Of a stretch of DNA of 64,000 nt, positions 1 through 8,763 are shown in pieces (the first letter of the stretch is position 1; every line of letters begins with the position of its first letter). Origin of the DNA: a virus; the IMG/VR virus record IMGVR_UViG_3300049063_000065, positions 307-64,306 of that record, one strand, 5' to 3'. The notes below the pieces were generated by a model. The model searched no databases. It was not told where the DNA came from and saw nothing but the letters and a program-made list of their open reading frames with translations. The translations under genes were made by a program, and so were the position numbers.

Positions 1-8
1 ATCTTCCT

Positions 9-197
9 ATGAAGCGAGAAGTGGAGGATACGCACATCTATTTCCCCGTCAAGGTACTGAATGGGATACGTAAACTTGCCCGAGAGAACCGGCGCTCAGT
101 GTCAGCGGAGATGATCATTGCGGCTGAACGTTATATCGCGGCGTCTAAGCCCGAGAACGGACGTCTATCACACGGGAAAGAAGAACAGATTAAATGA
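9..197 (+). CDS. Arc-like ribbon-helix-helix DNA-binding protein
   Basis: 62 aa; IRKLARENRRSVSAEMI matches the Arc/RHH pattern. ATGA overlap with the next gene. Confidence 0.7.
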   Translation: MKREVEDTHIYFPVKVLNGIRKLARENRRSVSAEMIIAAERYIAASKPENGRLSHGKEEQIK

Positions 198-406
198 CCC
201 TAACCAGCAATCTCCGCTACCGCGTCATCGCAATCGGCGACAACTACCACTGGATCGATCGCCAGACCAATCAACCAGTGCCTTACGAGAACGGCGACAC
301 TGCGCAATTCTCTTCACTGGACAAGGCGATTACCGCGTTTATCGACGGGAAGCTGACAGTGAAGAGGAATAAGATGATGGATCGATTGAAAGGTGAGGAA
401 CGATGA
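194..406 (+). CDS. Hypothetical protein
   Basis: 70 aa ORF coupled by 4-nt overlaps to the neighbours on both sides. Confidence 0.6.
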   Translation: MTLTSNLRYRVIAIGDNYHWIDRQTNQPVPYENGDTAQFSSLDKAITAFIDGKLTVKRNKMMDRLKGEER

Positions 407-597
407 CATTTCGACTAGTAGCTGTGTTGGGTAACTCACTAATAGCCATAGTGCTGTTTACGTGGTCCTTAGTGGACCCAAAGCGGCGACAGACACTTAT
501 CTGCTACGCTATTTGGTTCGAGCTAGTTTCTCTCGTATTCGTGATTGGCGCTATTGCCATTCATACAGGTGCTTATCCACTTTGGAATAATAAATGA
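403..597 (+). CDS. Small membrane protein (2 predicted TM segments)
   Basis: Two hydrophobic stretches; coupled to the downstream glycosyltransferase gene. Confidence 0.6.
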   Translation: MTFRLVAVLGNSLIAIVLFTWSLVDPKRRQTLICYAIWFELVSLVFVIGAIAIHTGAYPLWNNK

Positions 598-2642
598 CAG
601 ATAAAATCTCAGTTCTAATCCCTAGTCGCAACGAAACCTATCTCAACCAGACGATCCAATCCTGTTTCGACAACGCCGCCGGGGAAATCGAGGTCGTCGT
701 CACTTTAGAGGGTTACTGGCCCTCCGATTGGAAAGACATTACCGCGCGTTACTCCAACCTGCACACCGTCCACCACGGCGAACCGCGAGGGCTACGCGCG
801 GCTATCAACTCCGCCGCCGCTTCTGCTATCTCTCGGGGTGCGCGATACCTGCTTAAACTCGACGCGCACTGCATGTTAGACCAGGGGTTTGACGAGAAGC
901 TGAAAGTCGACATGGAGGATAACTGGATTGTCGTCCCGCGGCGCAAGCGTCTCGATGCGGAGAACTGGCAAGTACAGGACGTAGGCAAACCCGACATCGA
1001 CTACCACTACATCTCCTTCCCTGATAATCCGAATGACTTCGGCGGCGCGGGATTGAATGGAAAGGTTTGGGAGGAGCGCGCAAGGGAACGCGCCGGTAAT
1101 CCTGAATACGACATTGACGATGAAATGTCGTCTCAAGGATCGTGCTGGTTTATGACCGCTGACTACTTTCGGCAACTGGAACTCATGGACGAAGCGAGCT
1201 ATGGGCCATTCTGGAATGAGGCGCAGGAACTTTTCCTTAAGTGCTGGCTCTCCGGCGGGCGCGGGGTGATCAACAAGAAAACATGGTACGCACATCTACA
1301 CAAGGGCAAGGACTACAAAGGCACCACGGGTAAGAGTGGGCGTGGTTATCGTCTCGACGAATCATGGCTCACCCAAGGCCGCAATCACACGATGAAGTGG
1401 CTCTATAACGAAGCATGGGCCAGACAGGCCTTGCCGTTCAAATGGTTAATTGAGAGGTTCTGGCCGGTGCCGGGGTGGCCGGAGGATTGGGAAGTAAGGA
1501 TATATGGAGACGTAAAACAGAAAGTCGCATTTGGTTTGCGGCCTGACGCTAACCCGGTCGGAAGAATCGAGGCTCCGATTTCGTCGCTGGAAATAAGCTC
1601 CAATGGCTTACTATTCCTCCTTTGGGCACGCTACGGAATCGGCTTCGACCATCCCAGTCAATACGTTAACGTGCTCCCGGCTCTCAGGGACAAGGTTCTC
1701 AATAATTCACTGGACATCGTGGTAACTAACCACGAATTAGGTGTCGGCAATCCCTTTCGCGGTAAGAAGAAGCGACTACAGGTGGCTTATCGCTACGGCG
1801 GAAACGGTGAGAAGGTTGTAGTTGAACGCGACGAGAAGGACTGGTTGATTATCGGGCAGATGCAGAGGCTTGACGTGCGTGACGGCGAGAACCCGATTCA
1901 GCAGATGCCGGAAGGGTTCGCGGAAGCGGAGAGTCGTGCGAAGCCGTACCAGGAGGCAGTCATAGCCCAGCGTCCCGCCCTCTACGTTCCCGGCGGCGTG
2001 AACACCCTCGTCCCGACCACGCCCACCGCCCTCAACGACTACCTCATCCGCAAGTTCTCCATCTCCGACCGTCGCCTGCGCGCTCCAATGCCGATTGAAC
2101 TGCGAGACTTCCATCGTGACAACTTGGCCCAACTGTTTGCGGAGTTGGGGTTCAAGCGCGGCGCGGAAGTCGGCGTCGCGGAAGGGATATATAGCGAGAT
2201 ACTGCTGAAGGCGAATCCCGAGTGCGAACTCCTGCTGGTCGATCCGTGGCACGCATACAGCGACAATCCGCAGAACAAGTCTAAGGAGAAGCACGAGTTT
2301 GCATATAGAGAAGTCTTACGCAAGACGAAAGACTACGCGGCCCACGCTGTCATGCAGGTCAGCATGGAGGCGGTACAGGATGTAAAAGAGGGATCGCTCG
2401 ACTTCTGCTACATCGACGGCAACCACTCCTTCGACTATGTGATACAGGATCTTATCGAATGGTCCAAGCGCGTCCGTTCAGGTGGGATCGTCTCAGGCGA
2501 TGATTACTACGCTCTCGACGAGAAACGCTGGGGTGCAGGGCCAGTGGAAGCTGTACAAGCGTATACGAAAGCGCATCGGATTCCGATCTGGTTCATCTTT
2601 CAGGGACACAAGTCGGTTGATTTTATGTGGGTGAAACCATGA
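594..2642 (+). CDS. Multidomain glycosyltransferase: GT-A (ppGalNAc-T/GT27-like) + lectin-like domain + class I SAM methyltransferase
   Basis: GT motifs ISVLIPSRNE, LDAHC (DxH), ELFLKCWLSGG...WYAHLHK. Middle segment WARYG...GNPFRGKKKRLQVAY. C-terminal GAEVGVAEG and YIDGNHSF...GGIVSGDDY (Methyltransf_24-like). Confidence 0.85.
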   Translation: MTDKISVLIPSRNETYLNQTIQSCFDNAAGEIEVVVTLEGYWPSDWKDITARYSNLHTVHHGEPRGLRAAINSAAASAISRGARYLLKLDAHCMLDQGFDEKLKVDMEDNWIVVPRRKRLDAENWQVQDVGKPDIDYHYISFPDNPNDFGGAGLNGKVWEERARERAGNPEYDIDDEMSSQGSCWFMTADYFRQLELMDEASYGPFWNEAQELFLKCWLSGGRGVINKKTWYAHLHKGKDYKGTTGKSGRGYRLDESWLTQGRNHTMKWLYNEAWARQALPFKWLIERFWPVPGWPEDWEVRIYGDVKQKVAFGLRPDANPVGRIEAPISSLEISSNGLLFLLWARYGIGFDHPSQYVNVLPALRDKVLNNSLDIVVTNHELGVGNPFRGKKKRLQVAYRYGGNGEKVVVERDEKDWLIIGQMQRLDVRDGENPIQQMPEGFAEAESRAKPYQEAVIAQRPALYVPGGVNTLVPTTPTALNDYLIRKFSISDRRLRAPMPIELRDFHRDNLAQLFAELGFKRGAEVGVAEGIYSEILLKANPECELLLVDPWHAYSDNPQNKSKEKHEFAYREVLRKTKDYAAHAVMQVSMEAVQDVKEGSLDFCYIDGNHSFDYVIQDLIEWSKRVRSGGIVSGDDYYALDEKRWGAGPVEAVQAYTKAHRIPIWFIFQGHKSVDFMWVKP

Positions 2643-2857
2643 TTAAAACAGCAAAAGAGGCGCGTCATTTATTTGACCACGGAAGTAAGACCGTAGACGA
2701 AGTTTTGGAACTAATAGAACGAGCAGCTAGGCGCAATAGTCGCTATGTTCAGTTTGATGGTTGGCCCAGTGACGAGGTAGTAGGTGAGTTAAAGCTACGA
2801 GGCTTTAGCGTTACCTTGTCGGAGGTGTTAAGTCCCTCAACTAAGATTTTCTGGTGA
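2639..2857 (+). CDS. Hypothetical protein
   Basis: ATG at 2639 overlaps the GT stop (ATGA); lies within track ORF 2627..2857. Confidence 0.55.
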   Translation: MIKTAKEARHLFDHGSKTVDEVLELIERAARRNSRYVQFDGWPSDEVVGELKLRGFSVTLSEVLSPSTKIFW

Positions 2858-2863
2858 TACCTA

Positions 2864-2872
2864 TGCTATCAT
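2864..2872 (+). promoter_or_regulatory. Extended -10 promoter (TGcTATCAT), probably leaderless for the second GT gene
   Basis: TG-N-TATCAT ends 9 nt before ATG 2882; no SD. Confidence 0.45.
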
Positions 2873-2881
2873 CCCCGCCCG

Positions 2882-4570
2882 ATGGCATTCCCCGCGCTTT
2901 CGATCCTTATTCCCGCCCGCGACGAGCACTACTACGACATCGATCTCCTTCATCATACTGTTGCTAACGTCCTTGCAAACACTTCCGACGCCACGGAAAT
3001 TGTCATAGTTCTCGATGGGTACTCCGACCACTGGCCCAAGACTCCGCTCCCTGCTAGTCCGCGCGTCACCGTCATTCATCATCGTCAAGCGATAGGCCAA
3101 CGCGCCGCCACCAATGAAGCAGCCCGCGTAGCTCAAGGCGAGTACGTGATGAAGCTGGACGCGCACACGGCACTCGATAAAGACTTCGACACAAAGCTAC
3201 TCGCGGAGTTCGACCCGCTATGGACGGTTGTGCCGCGCCAGTACAACCTGCACGTCTTCGATTGGAAGTGTAAGCAATGCGGCGAGCGTACCTACCAATC
3301 GCCGAAACCTTCGCGCTGCGCCAAGTGCAACAGCCGCTATCACTCCCAAGTTATCGTCTGGCATCCGACTGACGGCACGGGGAAAGAGCGCGGGGTGAGC
3401 AAGGGCGGCTGGAAGCATACTGTTACTGACTTCTGGCGCTTCGACTCTAATTTAGATTTCCAGTATTGGGGAGCATTAGGAAAGAGGCCGGAGTCTCAAG
3501 GTGAGATTGCGGACACTATGAGCTTGCTGGGCGCTTGCTGGGCCATGAGACGAGAAAGGTATTGGGAGCTTGACGGCCTTGATGAATCTCTCGGCTCATG
3601 GGGCGACATGGGAACGGAAATTTCATGCAAGACACATTTATCCGGTGGCAGACTGGTAACTAATAAGCGAACGTGGTTTGCTCATTTCTTCAGGGTTGGT
3701 GGAATTGGGTTTCCTTATCCCGGAGGCGGGCGAAAGGAGATAGCCAAGGCACGAGGAAAAGAAATCTGGCTAGGCAATAAATGGCCCAAGGCGAAGTATT
3801 CGCTCGACTGGCTGGTGAGGAAGTTTGCTCCAGTGCCCGATTGGCCGCAGATCAAACCCACTGTCGGCTGTCTCTATTACACCTGCTCCACTCTCTCCGA
3901 CCCCCTTGCCACCGCCGCGCGCAATCAACTCCTCCACGCTCGCAATGGTCACGAACTCGGCTGCGTTTCCCGTGAACGCTGTGATTTCGGCGACTGGAAC
4001 ATCGTCATCAACGAGCCGCGCGGACCACTAACCATGCACAAACAAATCCTCGCCGGACTGGAGCGACTCAAGGCTGACATCGTTTTCTTCTGCGAGCACG
4101 ATGTCCTGTATCACCCTTCGCACTTCGACTTCATTCCACCTGATAAGACGAAATTCTACTACAATACAAACGTCTGGCGCGTCCGTTCCCCTGACGGTCA
4201 CGCGGTAAAAACTACTGACTGCAAACAACTATCTGGGTTATGCTGTTGGCGGGAGTTAGCCCTTGAACACTACAGGGAGAGAGTGCGACGCATCGAAGCG
4301 GAAGGGTTCAGTCGGAAGAATGGATACGAGCCGGGCACGCGCGGCCTACCAAACGGCTACGACAACTCCCCCGCTGAGTCGTGGCAATCGGAGTTTCCAA
4401 ATCTCGACATTCGCCACGGCGATACAATTACCGGCAACCACTGGACACCGGAGAGTTTCAGGAATAAGAAGTACGCCGAGGGGTGGGAGGAAACGGACGA
4501 CGTGATACCGGGGTGGCCCAAGGTGGCGGGGAGACTAGAAGAAGTATTGAAGGAATTGGCAAATGTCTAA
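2882..4570 (+). CDS. Two-domain glycosyltransferase: ppGalNAc-T/GT27-like domain with Zn-ribbon insert + second GT-A-like domain
   Basis: LSILIPARDE, LDAHT, DESLGSWGDMGTEISCKTHLSGG...WFAHFFR. CKQC...CAKC insert. C-terminal domain with VFFCEHDVLY (DxD-like). Confidence 0.85.
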   Translation: MAFPALSILIPARDEHYYDIDLLHHTVANVLANTSDATEIVIVLDGYSDHWPKTPLPASPRVTVIHHRQAIGQRAATNEAARVAQGEYVMKLDAHTALDKDFDTKLLAEFDPLWTVVPRQYNLHVFDWKCKQCGERTYQSPKPSRCAKCNSRYHSQVIVWHPTDGTGKERGVSKGGWKHTVTDFWRFDSNLDFQYWGALGKRPESQGEIADTMSLLGACWAMRRERYWELDGLDESLGSWGDMGTEISCKTHLSGGRLVTNKRTWFAHFFRVGGIGFPYPGGGRKEIAKARGKEIWLGNKWPKAKYSLDWLVRKFAPVPDWPQIKPTVGCLYYTCSTLSDPLATAARNQLLHARNGHELGCVSRERCDFGDWNIVINEPRGPLTMHKQILAGLERLKADIVFFCEHDVLYHPSHFDFIPPDKTKFYYNTNVWRVRSPDGHAVKTTDCKQLSGLCCWRELALEHYRERVRRIEAEGFSRKNGYEPGTRGLPNGYDNSPAESWQSEFPNLDIRHGDTITGNHWTPESFRNKKYAEGWEETDDVIPGWPKVAGRLEEVLKELANV

Positions 4571-4778
4571 GGAACGAGGAAGGTTGGGAGATTCGTTTCG
4601 AGAACTACGGATTAGTGACGCGCTTAAGAAGCGGTACCTATGCGATCACGTCAAGGCGGGCGCTCAGGCAGTCAAGCGTTACGACACCCCGTACGGAATA
4701 GTGGCCACATGTGAGCAGTGTCAGAGTCTCGAAACCTTGAGATTAACCGTCGCGGGTGAAGTGCTTTCAAATGGCTAA
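4563..4778 (+). CDS. Small protein with possible Zn-binding motifs
   Basis: CDH and CEQC motifs; overlaps both neighbours. Confidence 0.5.
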   Translation: MSKERGRLGDSFRELRISDALKKRYLCDHVKAGAQAVKRYDTPYGIVATCEQCQSLETLRLTVAGEVLSNG

Positions 4779-5154
4779 CGAATGCCTCGATCAATATAAC
4801 GAGCGCTCCTCTGTAACTATCACTGTTACATTTACCGACGAGGATGGCGCGTCCGTCACTCCCGACACTGCCACTTATCGCATTGACGACGAGGCGAGTC
4901 GAACGAACATTCAGCCCTCCACTGCAATCGGCTCTCTCTCTGCGAGTATTGACCTGGAAATCACCAGCGAGCAGAATGCAATTATCAGACCACGTAAGCC
5001 GTTTGAGATTCGCACCGTCACTATCGAGTTCGACTACGATTCAGGGAAACATGGGACGGCGCAATATAAATATAAGTTGGTTAATTTATATGGCGTGGTG
5101 GACGTGCCGAGTGCGAGTGTGAGTCCGTCGGCAAGTGCGAGTCCGAGTGCGTGA
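4771..5154 (+). CDS. Putative virion Ig-like protein with C-terminal (Ser-X)n tail
   Basis: Beta-rich body; ends VPSASVSPSASASPSA. Confidence 0.65.
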   Translation: MANECLDQYNERSSVTITVTFTDEDGASVTPDTATYRIDDEASRTNIQPSTAIGSLSASIDLEITSEQNAIIRPRKPFEIRTVTIEFDYDSGKHGTAQYKYKLVNLYGVVDVPSASVSPSASASPSA

Positions 5155-5367
5155 GATAATGAGGAATAGTATGAACAGGCAGTCAGGTATGTATGAACTG
5201 GGCCGTCACGATGAGCGCCGCCGAATTATGCAGTTAATCGGAGAGGTACGAGAACGTCATCAAGCCGTAGGTATAAGTGAGTCAGGTAGGACGTTAGACA
5301 GCCTTGTGATACTGATTGCCGCTGAACCGCTAGCTGACTATCGTGAGGTTCAGGAAGCTACGAAGTA

Positions 5368-7044
5368 ATGAGCAAACCCTTCCCCACCTTCGACTACGAC
5401 GACGCCGTGAATCTCATCGGCGCAAAGGTCGTACTTCCGCGAGACGGGATGCGCTATTTCCCGCTCCCGTCAACTCTTCGTCGCCTGACATCCTCCACGG
5501 TCGAGCGCAACGTCCGCCGCACTGTGACTGCGATTACCGCCACTGAGATGTACCTAGGCGATATGTGGTTAAACGGGGATGGCTTTATCGGCCAACTCCC
5601 CCCGCGCGCTCTCCCCGGACACGCAGCCATCCTTGCTGACATTGAAGCAGGATTCGTGAGCGAGAACGTCATTAAGGAAGTCACAAACACGCACGTCGGC
5701 GGCATTCTCGGTCGCGAACCCTCGTGGTCCTTCCTTCCCATCGCCGCCACTACCGGAGCCGAACGCGACAAGGAGACTGGCGAAACCCTGACCCCGTGGT
5801 GGAACAAGCGGAAGGCGCTCAAGGACATGCAGAAGGCGCTGCGGATCGCGCTCTGCGAGGGGATCGCGGTGCGTCGTATATTCATTCCGCGCTTCGTCAA
5901 CGGCGCGCCTCTCCCTCCCGGCGCGTCGATCACCGCCTCTGACATCCCGACCGCGCTGAATCTAATCCACTTCGAGACCGTGACCTCAGATCGAGGCGGC
6001 GTATTTATCGATCCCGACACGCAGCAGGAGATAGGTGTCTTCCTCTACGAGGAGCACGACGCGAATGGCGACATCACGCGTAATTGCGCTGAATTGAGCT
6101 TTCTTAACGAACGCGGCGATACAGTATGTCGAGTAGTGAAAGATGACGATTCCAGCGCCGACTACGGTCCCTATCGACTCGGCGGACATTTGCTCATCTA
6201 CCAACTGGAAGTCGAGCAATTGATCACCGAGCAGGTGCAGTCGTCTCAACGCTCAGTCAACCTCGCGCATACGATGATGATGCGCAATGTCAATCTCGCA
6301 GGCTCACGGGGCGTCACTGTGACCAACGCACAGCCCCCACTACCCAAAACCGATAAGCCTACAATTACCACCGCGACTATTAAGACCGCCGATGGGCGCT
6401 TCCCCGGCACGTTCAAAGCTGGCGTCGGCGCGGTGAACTTCCTGATGGGAGTGCCGATTCGAGACGAAGACGGAAACATCACCGGCTACACTAACCCGAA
6501 CGTAAACGTCCTTGAACCTGTCCCAGTGGACTCGTTTCAGAAGACCATCAGCGAGGAGAAGGAGGCAATTTACTCTCAGTGTCACCAGCGCCATGTGCTT
6601 ATTGTCGATAAGGCTGACACGAGTGGACGAGCGCGCGAGGTGGCGCGAAAGGAGTACGAGCGCAGTCTCAAGGATAGTAAGATTGAACTAGACGCCTGTG
6701 GGCGGTGGCAACTGGAGGTAGCGCTACGATTAAGTGCGCAACTGTCGAATCAAACCAGTAAGTTCGCCAAACTCCGCGCCGACTTCAACTGTCTCATCGA
6801 CGCCGGTGTTCCAGATCCCGCGTTTATCCAGCAGGTGATCGAGATGCGTAAACCGGGCGGGCCGCGTCTTAAACCGATTATTAGTGACGAAACGGCGCGC
6901 AACCTTTGCGGCGTGGAGGATAATGGCGCGGAGTTAGCGCGTATTGACGCCGAGGAGGGACAGCTACCTGCTACGCCGACTCCAATGCCGAAAGCGGAAC
7001 CGGACACGGAGACTCCCGTCACGACTACCGGAGCGGTGAATTGA
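5368..7044 (+). CDS. Portal protein
   Basis: 558 aa, upstream of scaffold and capsid. C-terminal IISDETARNL...ELARIDAE is typical of SPP1-type portals. Confidence 0.75.
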   Translation: MSKPFPTFDYDDAVNLIGAKVVLPRDGMRYFPLPSTLRRLTSSTVERNVRRTVTAITATEMYLGDMWLNGDGFIGQLPPRALPGHAAILADIEAGFVSENVIKEVTNTHVGGILGREPSWSFLPIAATTGAERDKETGETLTPWWNKRKALKDMQKALRIALCEGIAVRRIFIPRFVNGAPLPPGASITASDIPTALNLIHFETVTSDRGGVFIDPDTQQEIGVFLYEEHDANGDITRNCAELSFLNERGDTVCRVVKDDDSSADYGPYRLGGHLLIYQLEVEQLITEQVQSSQRSVNLAHTMMMRNVNLAGSRGVTVTNAQPPLPKTDKPTITTATIKTADGRFPGTFKAGVGAVNFLMGVPIRDEDGNITGYTNPNVNVLEPVPVDSFQKTISEEKEAIYSQCHQRHVLIVDKADTSGRAREVARKEYERSLKDSKIELDACGRWQLEVALRLSAQLSNQTSKFAKLRADFNCLIDAGVPDPAFIQQVIEMRKPGGPRLKPIISDETARNLCGVEDNGAELARIDAEEGQLPATPTPMPKAEPDTETPVTTTGAVN

Positions 7045-7256
7045 GCCGCCGTTCCGTCAACGCGGGAGAGTGGATTACGCCGCGACGGCGAGGCTACGAA
7101 ATAGAGTGTTGCGATTGCGGTTTAGTACATCGCCTAAACTTCAAACTGGTTCCGTCGGCCAACGGTGGCAGGTTTATTGTCTTCCAAGCATTCCGTGATA
7201 ATCGGAAAACAGCGCAGACGCGCCGACGACGAAATATCCGATTCAGCGACAAATGA
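7041..7256 (+). CDS. Phage hypothetical protein with CCDCGLVH motif
   Basis: 71 aa; Cys/His motif; coupled to the portal gene. Confidence 0.6.
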   Translation: MSRRSVNAGEWITPRRRGYEIECCDCGLVHRLNFKLVPSANGGRFIVFQAFRDNRKTAQTRRRRNIRFSDK

Positions 7257-7468
7257 CCCCCATCCCCTGCGACCACCCAACCTGCTCTCTCCCCAGCGCC
7301 CGCGTCATCAACGGCTCTCTCGTCATCGAGTCCCGTCATCACGGCGAAATCCATCGCTGCACCATTTCCCTGCACTGGCTGCACGATTTATTGACTAACT
7401 ATGACAAACCTGTGTTAGAGTGTCCGGCGACGGCGGTTTCAACGCGGAAATCCGCGCCTCCGCTATAG
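7253..7468 (+). CDS. Small Cys/His protein
   Basis: CDHPTC...HHGEIHRC; coupled to the upstream gene. Confidence 0.5.
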   Translation: MTPIPCDHPTCSLPSARVINGSLVIESRHHGEIHRCTISLHWLHDLLTNYDKPVLECPATAVSTRKSAPPL

Positions 7469-7498
7469 GGGACATTCCTAAAACGTGCTTCTTCGTAA

Positions 7499-7546
7499 GC
7501 CCGCGCTGAGTGAGCCAAGTGCTCCTTGACGCGGGCATTTTCTTTT
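7499..7546 (+). terminator. Hairpin with T-rich tail upstream of the scaffold gene
   Basis: gcccgcg (7499-7505) pairs with cgcgggc (7530-7536), followed by attttctttt. Confidence 0.45.
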
Positions 7547-7588
7547 AACCAACCCGGCAGCGCCGGAACAACAGGAGTCCAGCGGACA

Positions 7589-8317
7589 ATGTTGCAATCT
7601 TACGCAAATCAAACCGATGTTCCCGAAGCTTTACGGGAGCACTACTCCAAGCGCGAGGATGGGAAGTGGCACGCCGACATTCCCGACGAGCACCCGGCAG
7701 TGAAGCACAACGCTAAGCTTCTCAGCGAGAAACAAGGCGCGGAGACTAAAGTGACGCAACTCACTTCGGATCTGGAAAGCGCTCGCGCAGGGAACCTTGG
7801 GCGGGGGCAGGTGGCAGTATCGAAATCCGACATCGCGCTCCTTGACGAGTACAAGGCGCTGGGCGAGCCTGCTGAGGTGAAGGTCAAATTGACTGAGCAT
7901 GGCACCTTGAAGGAAGGCGAGGACAAGCGCAAGCGCGAGGAGAAGCTGGTAGAAGTAGCAAAAGAGTTGGGTTACGACAACACTAAGGCGTTTGTACTCC
8001 TGCCCAACCTCCCCGACTTCGACATCCGCACCGACAAGGACGGGAAGAAGGTGTTCGCGCTGGTCAAGGACGGTGACAAGACAATTGAGAAGCCTGCGGC
8101 TGAATATCTCGAATCGTCACCGGACCACAGTCCGTTCCTGACTGCGTTGAAGACGAAGACGGAATCGAACGGCGTCACCGTGAATACCACCAGCAGCACT
8201 ACCACGCCACAGCAGAACGATCCGTTCGCTTGGGCGCGAGATTTCGGTAAGAACTGGAATGAAAGCAGGCCCGCGACGGATGTTAAGGCTGCTTTTGGAA
8301 TTGGAAACACAGCATAG
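7589..8317 (+). CDS. Capsid scaffolding protein
   Basis: Charged coiled-coil protein with VPEALREHY...DGKW N-terminus, between portal and capsid genes. ATG 7589 follows aggag. Confidence 0.7.
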   Translation: MLQSYANQTDVPEALREHYSKREDGKWHADIPDEHPAVKHNAKLLSEKQGAETKVTQLTSDLESARAGNLGRGQVAVSKSDIALLDEYKALGEPAEVKVKLTEHGTLKEGEDKRKREEKLVEVAKELGYDNTKAFVLLPNLPDFDIRTDKDGKKVFALVKDGDKTIEKPAAEYLESSPDHSPFLTALKTKTESNGVTVNTTSSTTTPQQNDPFAWARDFGKNWNESRPATDVKAAFGIGNTA

Positions 8318-8329
8318 GAGATTCAATCC

Positions 8330-8749
8330 ATGCCTTTATCTATCAAGAAAACAGTCGGAGACACCACCTACGGGCCGGTGTTCATCGGCAGCGTCCTCGG
8401 TATGCAGCAAGTCGTGGTAGACATCAGCGAGCTAACCACCGCCGAAGTGGACGCGGATGGCTATTTAAAGCCAGGGGTCGCATTTAAGAAAGACGGCACC
8501 CTAGCCGACGGGACGGGCGGAGAGTTTATTTACGCCGTTAACCCTGAGCCGCAAAACCTGCGCATGGCCGTCCTGCCGCCGACCGACGGAACGCTTGCCG
8601 CCGATACCCGCCTTTATCCTCTGGGCATGGGAACTATCGGCGAAATCAACCGAGACATTGCCGAGGATAACCTGGGGCGCGCGTACACCGCCAACGAACT
8701 CGCAGCCTTCAACGCTGCCGGGTCGATGATTCACCTGACCAACACATAA
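8330..8749 (+). CDS. Head decoration protein
   Basis: 139 aa directly before the capsid gene; DADGYLKPG motif; SD ggag. Confidence 0.6.
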   Translation: MPLSIKKTVGDTTYGPVFIGSVLGMQQVVVDISELTTAEVDADGYLKPGVAFKKDGTLADGTGGEFIYAVNPEPQNLRMAVLPPTDGTLAADTRLYPLGMGTIGEINRDIAEDNLGRAYTANELAAFNAAGSMIHLTNT

Positions 8750-8763
8750 GGAGCGACTGAGCG

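Noticed and set aside
594-4570. GTs as DNA-hypermodification enzymes
   Set aside because: No partner base-modifying genes or phage DNA polymerase were seen; the motifs and late-gene location fit protein glycosylation better. Not formally excluded.
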